The notes: generated by a model not told the origin, from the sequence alone. Positions 28,027 to 38,030 are shown, numbered from the stretch's first letter. The stretch is 64,000 nucleotides of DNA from Anolis carolinensis (GCF_035594765.1 NC_085842.1:303475749-303539748); one strand, 5' to 3'. Numbers and translations: made by a program.

Positions 28027-28478
28027 CTAGCTGTGCCCGGCCACGTGTGGCTGTGGCAAAGTGGTGGTGGTATTGGTTAAAAATTGTTGTGTAATTTTTA
28101 TTAGATGTTATTTGCATTTTTTAATTAATTTTATTGTAAGTTATATTTTTATTTATTATATTTTATTATTTTCTTGTATTATTTTAGTTATTTTCTGTTA
28201 TTATAGTATTTTATTGTATTAATTTTTAGTGTTTGTTATTATTTTTATTGGGTTGCTAGGAGACCAAGTTGGAGGAGCTTAGCCTTCTAACTGGCAGCAA
28301 TTGGATAAAAGCAATTATTCCTCTCTCTCTAATTAGGACTTTATTTTTCTTTTCTTTTTGTTGTATCAACCTAGATCCGTGGATGATGGGTTGTGTTGTC
28401 AAATTTCGAGGTTGGGGGGCCTGTAGTTTTGTTGTTTTGTGGGTCGCCGTGATGCCATCACTCTTTTATATATATAGA
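28027..28478 (-). mobile_element. Non-autonomous Helitron
   Basis: Minus strand reads A|TCTATATAT...GCCAC..GTGGC hairpin...CTAG|T. Inserted in an AT dinucleotide with no TSD. Confidence 0.85.
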
Positions 28479-30431
28479 TACATGAATTGTAACTTATTAC
28501 CATTCTATTCAAGTTCCAAAGATATCTGGACCCTTGTTAAATTAATATTAAAGGGGCCCTATACTTTGTGGAAGCAACTGTTATGTCAGTCATTTAAACT
28601 TCCATATTTTTCTTGAAACTAGCCTCTTATTCAAGAGTACTAAAGAACATTTCTCATGATGAGCTCATAGTAAGACTTTTTGAAATCAGAAGACCCATCT
28701 TTCTTGATGATTTCTAAAAGCATTGAAGTTAAGGAAAGCAGCATTGGTAGTACTCAATTCTTTTTTGAGTGCTAGGCCATTCAAAAGTTTTTTTTCTTTC
28801 AATAAAAAGCCCCCATCAGTCATGGTTCATCTTCCAATGTTCTTGGGCCCTAGCAGTTACCCTGTCATGTGGCATACTCTTGACACTGGACCATCATTTA
28901 TCTATGTTAACCATTCTCATTCTAAGAATGAAATAAAAGTCCTTATCTAAAATTCATTTTCTTTAAGAAGCAGGCACTTCAGCTGAAGTACTACTGTAAT
29001 TTTAAAACACAATTACTTGGTTGTAAACTCTCTTTATCTCAACACAACTGTTCTATAAGTGGTTTGTCAGGACTGCGTATTTTGAGTAAAGACTATCTGT
29101 ACTGTTGTAATTTTCTACAAGTATAGAAAGCTTTCTCAAATCACTACATCAAGACGACTAGTTATCAGTATGTTATTTATGTATACTATACATATGTATG
29201 TTCCCCTACGCTTCATGTTCCATATCTGACAATCAGGCTGTCCTTCCTCTTGCCTTAACATAGAAGGATTTTCATATCTGAAGGTAATTTTTGCATAATA
29301 TAAATAAAGTAACATAAATCAAATATTGTTAGTTTCAATCATGCTAATTTCATTGAAGCAAATTCACCAAATTTCTATTGATTCAGAAGCTCACCCCTGT
29401 TCATACAAGCAACTGAATTTAGGATAAAGAAATATTTTCCCTCTTTCATTGCAATTTAGACTCATTACATTTTAGACTACTCAATGTTTTCCTCCATATT
29501 ATTGTACAATGGATGTTACATGCACGTAATATGATTTATAATCATTTATAGTTTAATTTGCTTTCTTCTAAAGTTATACTTATAGATACGTATGATTTTT
29601 TTCTTACCATTCCTTGTAAATTTCTTTTTTCATAGATCTGAGATTGTTTTCTATTTTGCACTGCAAAACAAGTTTTCAAATGATACTGTTTTAAAATAAT
29701 ATTTTTAGGTTTTCATAGCAGACAATATCTATACACATTTTGCTTAGTCAGTTACCAAGTTCAAAGAAAACCTTTAGTTTTACCCTGTGTCTGAATTGTT
29801 TTTATTGGACTTTTGATAAAGAATGTAGTCAAAATTTATGGAAGGTAATTATATCTTCTTAATGTTAGAAGTAGGAAAAACTGATAAGACAAAATGTTAT
29901 TATTTCAGAAGTTATACTAGTTTTTCTAAAGTAAGACATGCTTTCCTATACATGCTGTTGATTTTTCTCAAAAATTGTCAGGGACAGATATTGGAGGGAG
30001 AGGTCTATTGTTCTCTGGGTCTATCTATATCTCTTTTCCAGTAGCTACCTTTCAATAAGATAGGGATTCTGTTTTCCATTGTGTTGCAGATCTGTAATGC
30101 ACATTTACATTATTGGAAATGAACACTCACGCTAAAGTGATTTCTGACCTACTTTAGCTGAGTTGTGAAACTTAATCCTTTATTTTATACTATTTCAGTG
30201 TGTGTGTGCGCGCGCGCGTGCGTGTATGTATAGTATATTTCATAGATTAATTATTTTAGTTCATGGTAGAAAGTGTTTGAGATTTGAAATGTTCATCTTG
30301 ATAGCCTCATAGCCAGGATCTCAAAGGGAATCTAAAATGCAGATAGATGTTTGATGAATATCACTAAACCATGTCTCCACCAAAAATGGGGATTGGTGTT
30401 TAGGTGTTGCTGGTGTTAACCAGATAAACTA

Positions 30432-30660
30432 GGGCCCTTCCACACAGACATATAACCCAGAATAAAAAGGCAGATAATCCACAATATCTGCTTAGAACTG
30501 GGTTATCTGAGAGCCCTTCCACACAGCCATATAACCCAGAATATCAAGGCAGAAAACCCCACAATATGTGCTTTGAACTGGGTTATTTGAGTCCATGCTG
30601 CCATATATCCCAGTTCAAAGCAGAAAATGTGGGATTTTATTTGGCTGTGTGGAAGGGGCC
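30432..30660. mobile_element. PIF/Harbinger-like MITE with internal duplication
   Basis: TIRs GGGCCCTTCCACACAG and CTGTGTGGAAGGGGCC; the first ~80 bp are duplicated. Confidence 0.75.
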
Positions 30661-30710
30661 TAAGGCTTCTGAAGGAAAATAACAATTTCCCGCATGATAA
30701 AATTACAGTA

Positions 30711-31033
30711 GGAGACTCCTGGTGGCGCAGCGAGTTAAACCGCTAAGCTGCTGAACTTGCTGACTGAAAAATCAGTGGTTCGAATCCAGGGAGCAGGGTG
30801 AGCTACCACTGTTAGTCCAGCTTCTGCCAACCTAGCAGTTCAAAAACATGCAAATGTGAGTAGATCAATAGGTACCACTCTGGCGGGAAGGTAGTGGCGC
30901 TCCATGCAGTCATGCCGGCCACATGACCTTGGAGGCATCTACGGACAACACCGGTTCTTTGGCCTAGAAATTGAGATGAGCACCAACCCCCAGAGTCAGA
31001 CACGACTAGATTTAATGTCAGGGGAAAACCTTT
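30711..31033 (+). mobile_element. Sauria SINE (its tail resumes at 31347-31368)
   Basis: tRNA-like head with A box GGTGGCGCAG and B box GGTTCGAATCC, Sauria body, and (ACCTTT)n tail. Confidence 0.92.
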
Positions 31034-31346
31034 TAAAAAGGTAAATGTTTCCTCTGCCCGACTCTTGGGGGTTGGTGCTCATCTCCATTTCTAAGCCGAA
31101 GAGCCGGCGTTGTCCGTAGATACCTCCAAGGTCATGTGGCCGGCATGACTGCATGGAACGCTGTTACCTTCCCACCGGAGCGGTACCTATTGATCTCACA
31201 TTTGCATGTTTTCGAACTGCTAGATTGGCAGAAGCTGGAGCTTAACAGCGGGCGCTCACTCCGCTCCCCGGATTTGAACCTGGGACCTTTCGGGCTGCAA
31301 GTTCAGCAGCTCAGCGCTTTAACACACTGAGCCACCGGAGGCTTCT
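31034..31346 (-). mobile_element. Sauria SINE inserted antisense into the tail of the previous copy
   Basis: Reverse complement of 30711-31030, flanked by the duplication GGAAAACCTTT at 31023-31033 and 31347-31357. Confidence 0.92.
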
Positions 31347-31514
31347 GGAAAACCTTTACCTTTACCTTAAACTTACAATAAATCTGTTACAGTAAAAGAC
31401 CTACTGGGTACAAACCTAGGTTTTTTTAAAAGAAAATATCCTATTAAATGAAAGGAGAATGATCTTCCACAGATCAACTTTCATAAATCTTGTTATGGAT
31501 CAGTGTAATGATTG

Positions 31515-31665
31515 CAGTAGAGTCTCACTTATCCAACATAAACGGGCTGGCAGAATGTTGAATAAGCAAAAATGTTGGATAATAAGGAGGGCTTAAGGAA
31601 AAGCCTATTAAATGTCAAATTACATTATGATTTTACAAATTATGCCCCAAGACATGTTTTTCAAC
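31515..31665 (-). mobile_element. Truncated copy of the same Tigger-like MITE
   Basis: One TIR plus ~150 bp matching 54867-55020. Confidence 0.85.
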
Positions 31666-31797
31666 AAGTCTGCCACTTGTTTGGGAGTGTGGCTGCACTT
31701 GTGTTGTTGTTGGTCATTTTCATAGAAAGGAATCTAAGCAGCTTCAAATCATATCTGGATTGATTTGAAAGTGTCTTTACCCCTCACCATCGCAATT

Positions 31798-32605
31798 GGA
31801 TCAGTAATGTCAAAGTATAATTCTCTATATTTCTCTGAAAGTTTAAATATTTGCAGTCTATCCATTCACTATATTTCTAATCTAAGCCGTTCTCTAACTT
31901 AAAATGCCCCAAATAATGAACAACCGTTGGAAGGATCAATAATGCCAAAGTATAATTCTCTGTATTTCTCTGTAAGTTTGAATATTTGCAGCCTTTCCAT
32001 TCATTATATTTCTAAACTAAAACATTCCCTAATTTAAAATACCTCAAATCATAAACAACTTTTGGATCAGTAATGCCAAAGCATAATTCTCTGTATTTCT
32101 CTGTAAGTTTGCATATTTGCAGCCTATCCATTCATTATATTTCTAATCTAAGCCGTTCCCTAATTTAAAATACCTCAAATTGTAAACAACTTTTGGAAGG
32201 ATCAATAATGCCAAATTATAATTCTCTGTATTCCTCTGGAAGTTTGAATATTTGCAGCCTATCCATTCACTATATTTCTAATCTAAGCCGTTCCCTAATT
32301 TAAAATACCTCAAATTGTAAACAACTTTTGGAAGGATTAATAATGCCAAATTATAATTCTCTGTATTTCTCTGGAAGTTTGAATATTTGCAGCCTATCCA
32401 TTCACTATATTTCTAATCTAAGCCGTTCCCTAATTTAAAATACCTCAAATTGTAAACAACTTTTGGAAGGATTAATAATGCCAAATTATAATTCTCTGTA
32501 TTTCTCTGGAAGTTTGAATATTTGCAGCCTATCCATTCACTATATTTCTAATCTAAGCCGTTCCCTAATTTAAAATGCCCCCAAATAGTAAACAACTGTT
32601 GGAAG
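31798..32605. repeat. Tandem repeat, 6 copies of ~135 bp
   Basis: Units start GGATCA(G/A)TAATG or GGATTAATAATG at 31798, 31933, 32064, 32199, 32334 and 32469. Confidence 0.95.
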
Positions 32606-32923
32606 CCAAGCCTGTTCTATATGTCTCTTTCCTACCTCATTGTCATGAGGGAACCTTATTTCTGGATTACTTGTCAATCAGCACAACCATTTATGTCCAG
32701 ATCAAGCATAAACACACCTTCCAGATACCTACCTTTGTTTTGCTAGAAGTGGTTTTCACTGCCTGTGACGCTTCAAGCCTTGCCAGTTTTGTTGGAAGAT
32801 TTTCCCTCCTTTTTTCTTCTCCTCAGCCAACATCCAGGTTAGTCCATTAAACTTCTGCACACAAAAAGTAATATATATTTACCTCAGGTTTAGCTGTTTT
32901 ATTTCCTAAACGCACACCTTACA

Positions 32924-33988
32924 TGTCAAGGACAGAACGCCACAAGATTCAAAGTAACAGAGTTTATTAGATTACAGAACTCAAAAATGCCCGTAAAACA
33001 CAAGGGCCAGGCAGTTTTTGCCTTTAGGAGCAAAAAGGGGCAAAAGTAAATGTTCAAAAGATAAACCGGATTAAACCGGAGTTTAATCCGGGTAAAAACA
33101 AACTGCTTGCGTCAGCCTGGGTATAAACGAAACGAAAGCCAAGGAACAAAAGATACAAAGAATGCAACTAATTGGCAGCAGATTCCTCTCTGCTGCCAAC
33201 ACTGTGCTTAGAGTAACTTGCGTCGCTCCCCCACACACACAGCAGACAGGATCTCCAACACGAGTAAAACAGCCAAGGATTGTAGCAGTTGAGTAGACCA
33301 GTTCCGTTCCGTAGATCAAAGCCAGAAGCAGACGTTTGTAGTTTTTCCAAGTCCAAGAAGGGGGGAAGACAAGCCGTGGTCAGTTCAGTCCGAGTTCTCA
33401 AAGCAGGAGATGGCGTCCGTCAAGAAGACGACGGAGGGTCAAGGTCACAGCACAGGAAAGCACACAAGTCTTCAGGGAAGCGTCCCACACACACACGGAT
33501 CCCAAGCGTTTGCCCAGATTACCCTGCCCAACGCAATTTGCAATTGCTCCCAAGCCCCATTTTATGCCAGTTACAAATCTTCATCACTGTCAGCTGTCCT
33601 CCTTAACCCGGGCGTTTCCTCATCACTTTCCTCGTCAGAGCTGGAACACCTCTGACTACGCCCAACAGCATCTCCAGCTGTGGATCCCGTCCCATCCCTC
33701 CAGCTAAACCATGGGTCTAATCCTGAAGGTCCCCATTCATCTTCTGTCCCATCATGGCCAGTGGCACCCACTTCCTCCCTTACCCGAGTCCAATCCATCT
33801 CATCCTCCTCTGAGCTAACCAGCCCCTCCTCCATTCTCTCCGTAAACCCTTCGAAAGACTCCTCGTCAGAAGGTGCTGCAAATATGTCTCGCAGTCTTTT
33901 TCTCTCTCGCTCCTCGAGAGTATCTGACTCTCGAGGAGTCTTACGCCCACGTCTGTCAGTAACAGAGCCATGAGGCTCAATCATAACA
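32924..33988 (-). repeat. 3' LTR of the Gypsy element (U3 ~33988-33535; TATA-like CATAAAA 33566-33560; AATAAA 32968-32963)
   Basis: Direct repeat of 38031-39095. Promoter and poly(A) motifs read on the minus strand; U3/R boundary inferred. Confidence 0.97.
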
Positions 33989-36900
33989 CTATCCCCTCTC
34001 ACAAAGGCCTCCTCCCCCGATGGCGGAGAAGTGGCAGTGATACCCTCCGCTATAGCACCACGACGACTAGAGGTATCAAGTTTCAACAGCGAACGATGAA
34101 AGACTGGATGGACCTTTAAACTAGACGGTAAACGCAAACGAAACGCAACAGAAGAAATCTTTTTAACAATAGGAAAGGGACCCAAATACCGAGGCGCAAA
34201 CTTTCCCCCAGCCTGTTTAATATGTTTGGAAGATAACCACACCAAATCCCCTTCTTCCAACTCCTCCCCTGCCTGCCTGTGGCGGTCAGCCTGAGTCTTC
34301 TGCGTTGCCTTAGCTTCCAACAGTAAGCGACGGGCAACATCATGCAATGCAGCCATTTCCGAAGAGCGGTACACAGGGTCCGAAGAGACCACATTGGTCG
34401 ACGGCGCCACACCTCCCCGTGGGTGAAAACCATAAGTTAGCTCAAATGGCGTATGCTGACTAGACGTGTGCACCGCATTGTTGTAAGCAAATTCCGCCAC
34501 CGGTAACCACTTTACCCAAGCCGTGGGTTGATCTAAACAAAAACAACGCAGATACTGCTCTAAGAGCCCATTAACCCGTTCCGACTGTCCATCCGTTTGC
34601 GGATGGAAAGCTGAAGACACGTTTAACTTAGTCCCCAAACACTCATGGAAGTGTTTCCAAAAGCGTGACACAAATTGCGGAGCCCTATCTGAAATAATCA
34701 CCTCGGGTGCTCCGTGCAAACGATAGATGTGCTTTGTAAATAGTAAGGCCAACGTAGGGGCCGCCGGAATGGTTGAACAAGGAATAAAATGAGCCAGTTT
34801 ACTAAATAAATCCACCACCACCCAAATACAAGTATAACCCCCAGACTTAGGCAAATCTGAAATAAAATCCATGGAAATGATTTGCCATGGCCTCTCCGGA
34901 ACAGGTAAAGACGATAACAACCCTCTAGGGCGCCCAACAGGCGTCTTACTCTGCTGACAAACGGCGCAGCTGTCACAAAAGCGCAGAATGTCTTGCCGCA
35001 TCTTTGGCCACCAGTAGCTCCTGGTGATAAGCTGTACGGTCTTGAACCTGCCAAAGTGCCCAGCCATGGGTTCGTCATGGTGGGCTCTAATCACCTCCAA
35101 CCTGAGGGTCCCTACTGGTACGTAAACCTGCCCCCTACGCACCAATACCCCGTCTTGATCCTGGAGATGCGGCAGTATGGTACGGTTACCTGCAGAGAGC
35201 AGCATCAGTTGCTCCTGAGTCCACACATCATCCTTCTGAGCCTCAAGGATCTGGTCATGTAACCCAAGCTCATTATCTACAACACACAGAGAGGCAGTAG
35301 GCAAGATGGTCTGACATACTACCTGCTCATTGGTCTTAAATTCCGGCTTGCGAGATAAAGCATCGGCCCGCAAGTTTGCCTTCCCCTCCACGAACTGCAC
35401 CTTGAAGTTAAACCTGGAGAAAAACAAAGCCCAGCGGATTTGACGCTGGTTTAACTTCTTTGCTGTTTGCAAGTGCTCTAAGTTCTTGTGATCAGATCTG
35501 ACCACGATCTGGTGCCGTGCCCCTTCAAGCCAGTGCCGCCACACCTCAAACGCCACCTTAATCGCCAACAACTCCTTCTCCCATATGGTATAGTTCTGCT
35601 CGAAGGGTGTTAGTTGCCGCGAGTAAAATCCACAGGGACGCAAGGTCCCTGAGGAATCCTTCTGAGACAATACAGCCCCCAACGCGTAGCTAGAAGCGTC
35701 CGCTTCTACCACGAACGGTCTGTCAACATCAGGATGGGTTAGTATGTTGTCCGATTGAAAACTAGACTTTAGTTGTAGAAACGCCTCGTGAGCTTCCCGC
35801 CCCCACACAAATGGCTGTTTCTTGCGCAGAAGCTGCGTCAAAGGTACCGTGAGCTTTGCAAAATTCGGAATAAACTCCCGGTAGTAGTTAGCGAAACCCA
35901 AGAACCTTTGTACATCCTTCTTAGTCTTCAGCTCCTGCCATGAGTTGACGGCGTCAACCTTATGTGGGTCCATTTTAAGTTCCCTACCTGACACTACATG
36001 ACCTAGGAACTCCACTTCAGGCACATGAAAGACGCACTTGGAAGCCTTGGCGAAAAGCCCATTAGCCCGCAGTCGGTGCAGAACCTGCTTGACATGTTGA
36101 CGATGTTCTTTCTCGTCCTTAGAAAAAATCAAGATATCATCCAAATAAATCACTAAAAATTGGTCAATTAGGTCCCTGAACACATCGTTCATGAACCTCT
36201 GGAATACCGCAGGAGCATTACAAAGCCCAAAAGGCATGACTCGGAACTCGTGGCATCCGAAACACGTGTTAAATGCCGTCTTCCATTCATCCCCTTCCCG
36301 TATACGGATTAAGTTATAGGCCCCCCGCAGGTCAAGCTTGGTAAAGACCTTAGCCCCTTGCACCCTTGATAACAGTTCCGAGATTAAAGGGAGCGGGTAC
36401 CTATCCCGAATGGTGTATTTGTTTAGGATCCGATAGTCACAGACCAGCCTAAGTTCCCCAGTCTTTTTGGCTACAAAGAATACTGGTGCCGCAGTTGGAG
36501 AACTAGATGGGCGAATAAACCCCTTGGCTAAATTTTCATCTAGAAACTCCCGCAAAGCTTGCCTTTCCGGTACAGTCAAGGCATACAGCCTCCCTGCTGG
36601 CAGTTTCGCACCTTCTGCCAACTTGATGGCGCAATCATATGGCCTGTGCGGTGGTAATTTGTCCGCTTCTCTTTTACAAAATACATCAGAGAACTCCCCA
36701 TACTCAGCAGGCACTCCCTCCATATCAGAATGAGTAACATTTAGAGTGCAACAATCCTGCCTCTTTAAGATCACTTTACGTGTTGCCCAATCTACTTGTG
36801 GGTTTACTACAGCTAGCCAATCCATCCCCAGGATCACATCATATCTAGGCAAGCTCGTAATATCCCACACAAACGTTCCCGTTACTCCCTGCACCTCCCA

Positions 36901-37188
36901 CGTTACTGCTGAGGTTTCATGGTTAACCACCCCAGTCTCCAGCAGTCTCCCATCTGCTCCTTCCACCCACACGTCGCATGCCTTGCGCACTCTAGGAATG
37001 CCATGCTTCTTAGCAAACTCAATATCTACATAGGAGACCGTAGCCCCTGAGTCCAGCAGTGCCAAAGTAGAAACAAGTTCCCTTCCCCCAACAGATAATG
37101 TAATGGGTACGAAAACATGCTTCCTCCCCTCAGTTGACTGCTTGAGGAGCCCTAGTGCGTTGGACTCACGTCGCACTAGGGCTGGCCT
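33571..37188 (-). CDS. pol: Gypsy Pol (protease, RT, RNase H, integrase with GPY/F module and acidic LTR-encoded tail), expressed by -1 frameshift from gag
   Basis: LLDSGAT protease; LDLRGAY, MPFGL and YLDD of RT; EADAS, EKELLA and SDHKNL of RNase H; HHCC plus D(MDF)-D(SDR)-E(SER) integrase; YLGPF...HPVFH.SLLK. The ORF continues 418 nt into the 3' LTR. Confidence 0.96.
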   Translation of the reverse strand, partial: RPALVRRESNALGLLKQSTEGRKHVFVPITLSVGGRELVSTLALLDSGATVSYVDIEFAKKHGIPRVRKACDVWVEGADGRLLETGVVNHETSAVTWEVQGVTGTFVWDITSLPRYDVILGMDWLAVVNPQVDWATRKVILKRQDCCTLNVTHSDMEGVPAEYGEFSDVFCKREADKLPPHRPYDCAIKLAEGAKLPAGRLYALTVPERQALREFLDENLAKGFIRPSSSPTAAPVFFVAKKTGELRLVCDYRILNKYTIRDRYPLPLISELLSRVQGAKVFTKLDLRGAYNLIRIREGDEWKTAFNTCFGCHEFRVMPFGLCNAPAVFQRFMNDVFRDLIDQFLVIYLDDILIFSKDEKEHRQHVKQVLHRLRANGLFAKASKCVFHVPEVEFLGHVVSGRELKMDPHKVDAVNSWQELKTKKDVQRFLGFANYYREFIPNFAKLTVPLTQLLRKKQPFVWGREAHEAFLQLKSSFQSDNILTHPDVDRPFVVEADASSYALGAVLSQKDSSGTLRPCGFYSRQLTPFEQNYTIWEKELLAIKVAFEVWRHWLEGARHQIVVRSDHKNLEHLQTAKKLNQRQIRWALFFSRFNFKVQFVEGKANLRADALSRKPEFKTNEQVVCQTILPTASLCVVDNELGLHDQILEAQKDDVWTQEQLMLLSAGNRTILPHLQDQDGVLVRRGQVYVPVGTLRLEVIRAHHDEPMAGHFGRFKTVQLITRSYWWPKMRQDILRFCDSCAVCQQSKTPVGRPRGLLSSLPVPERPWQIISMDFISDLPKSGGYTCIWVVVDLFSKLAHFIPCSTIPAAPTLALLFTKHIYRLHGAPEVIISDRAPQFVSRFWKHFHECLGTKLNVSSAFHPQTDGQSERVNGLLEQYLRCFCLDQPTAWVKWLPVAEFAYNNAVHTSSQHTPFELTYGFHPRGGVAPSTNVVSSDPVYRSSEMAALHDVARRLLLEAKATQKTQADRHRQAGEELEEGDLVWLSSKHIKQAGGKFAPRYLGPFPIVKKISSVAFRLRLPSSLKVHPVFHRSLLKLDTSSRRGAIAEGITATSPPSGEEAFVRGDSVMIEPHGSVTDRRGRKTPRESDTLEERERKRLRDIFAAPSDEESFEGFTERMEEGLVSSEEDEMDWTRVREEVGATGHDGTEDEWGPSGLDPWFSWRDGTGSTAGDAVGRSQRCSSSDEESDEETPGLRRTADSDEDL
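33989..34000 (-). promoter_or_regulatory. Polypurine tract (PPT)
   Basis: GAGAGGGGATAG immediately precedes the TG of the 3' LTR. Confidence 0.85.
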
Positions 37189-37194
37189 TTTCCC
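37148..37194 (-). promoter_or_regulatory. -1 ribosomal frameshift signal: slippery G GGA AAA plus 12-bp stem-loop
   Basis: GGGAAAA at 37194-37188 is in gag phase, and a -1 shift enters the pol frame (AGG CCA GCC CTA GTG). Perfect stem AGCCCTAGTGCG/CGCACTAGGGCT at 37183-37172 and 37159-37148. Confidence 0.88.
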
Positions 37195-37976
37195 GAAAGC
37201 TGGGAAGGTTTCACATTACAATTTTTGGCAAAATGCCCAGCATTCCCACAGTACAAACACAAGCCCAGCTGCCTCCTACGGCTCTTTTCCTCTGTAGACA
37301 GCTTTTTAAAGACCCCAAGCTCCATGGGCTCTTCCCCCATCACCACAGGTGCCCTGGTTACATGCATGGGTGGCGCACACATTGCTTTTGAGTGTTTACG
37401 AGCCTCGAACCTTGCGTCTAAACGCAGCACCTTAGCTACTAAGGCGTCCCAGCTTTCAGCCGGCTTCAAGCGTGCTAATTCATCCTGGAGCATATCACTT
37501 AACCCGGCAGTAAATAAAAGCATGAATGCATTTTCCCCCCAATCCAGCTGGTGGCGATACAGGTTAAACTTATTTAAGTAATCCAAAACAGTCCCCTTTC
37601 CCTGTTTCAACCGATACAGAGCCCACCCAGCGTTCTCCGTGCGGAGAGGATCCCCAAAAGTATCAGTTAACAACTTTTTGAAATTATTCAAATTGTCCTT
37701 GACTGGGTCATTTCCCAAAATTAAATTAGTGGCCCATTGTCCTGCGGGACCGGTCAACAAACTCAAAATAAAGGCCACCTTGCTAGTGTCTGTAGGAAAA
37801 GCATGAACACTGAGCTGGGAAAAATAAAGCTCCACTTGTGCCAAAAAGGTTGGCAACTTGCACCTGGTTCCGTCAAAGCGTTCAGGAGTCAAAACATGTC
37901 CTTTCACAGCCTGAGCTGTTTGGCTAACGGTAAAAGCCGTTTGCAATTGGTCTACTTTGGCCCTTAACTCATCCAT
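37176..37976 (-). CDS. gag: Gypsy Gag, 266 aa (capsid-like domain plus CCHC zinc knuckle)
   Basis: PERFDG...FL.Q motif, PMELG, and CLYCGNAGHFAKNC (CX2CX4HX4C). Resembles sushi/PEG10-type Gag. Confidence 0.96.
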   Translation of the reverse strand: MDELRAKVDQLQTAFTVSQTAQAVKGHVLTPERFDGTRCKLPTFLAQVELYFSQLSVHAFPTDTSKVAFILSLLTGPAGQWATNLILGNDPVKDNLNNFKKLLTDTFGDPLRTENAGWALYRLKQGKGTVLDYLNKFNLYRHQLDWGENAFMLLFTAGLSDMLQDELARLKPAESWDALVAKVLRLDARFEARKHSKAMCAPPMHVTRAPVVMGEEPMELGVFKKLSTEEKSRRRQLGLCLYCGNAGHFAKNCNVKPSQLSGKGQP

Positions 37977-38017
37977 CGTCTTCCTGACGGGTTTATTGCT
38001 GCAATAAACTTTTTATG

Positions 38018-38030
38018 GCGTTGGGCAATC
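38018..38030 (-). promoter_or_regulatory. Non-tRNA (self-priming) primer binding site
   Basis: GATTGCCCAACGC follows the 5' LTR and lacks the TGG of a tRNA PBS. It is complementary over 10 nt to GCGTTGGGCA at 38641-38632, which starts 32 nt after the first base of the TATA-like box. Confidence 0.8.

Noticed and set aside
31798-32605. CRISPR-like array
   Set aside because: Whole units repeat with no unique spacers, the context is eukaryotic and there are no cas genes.
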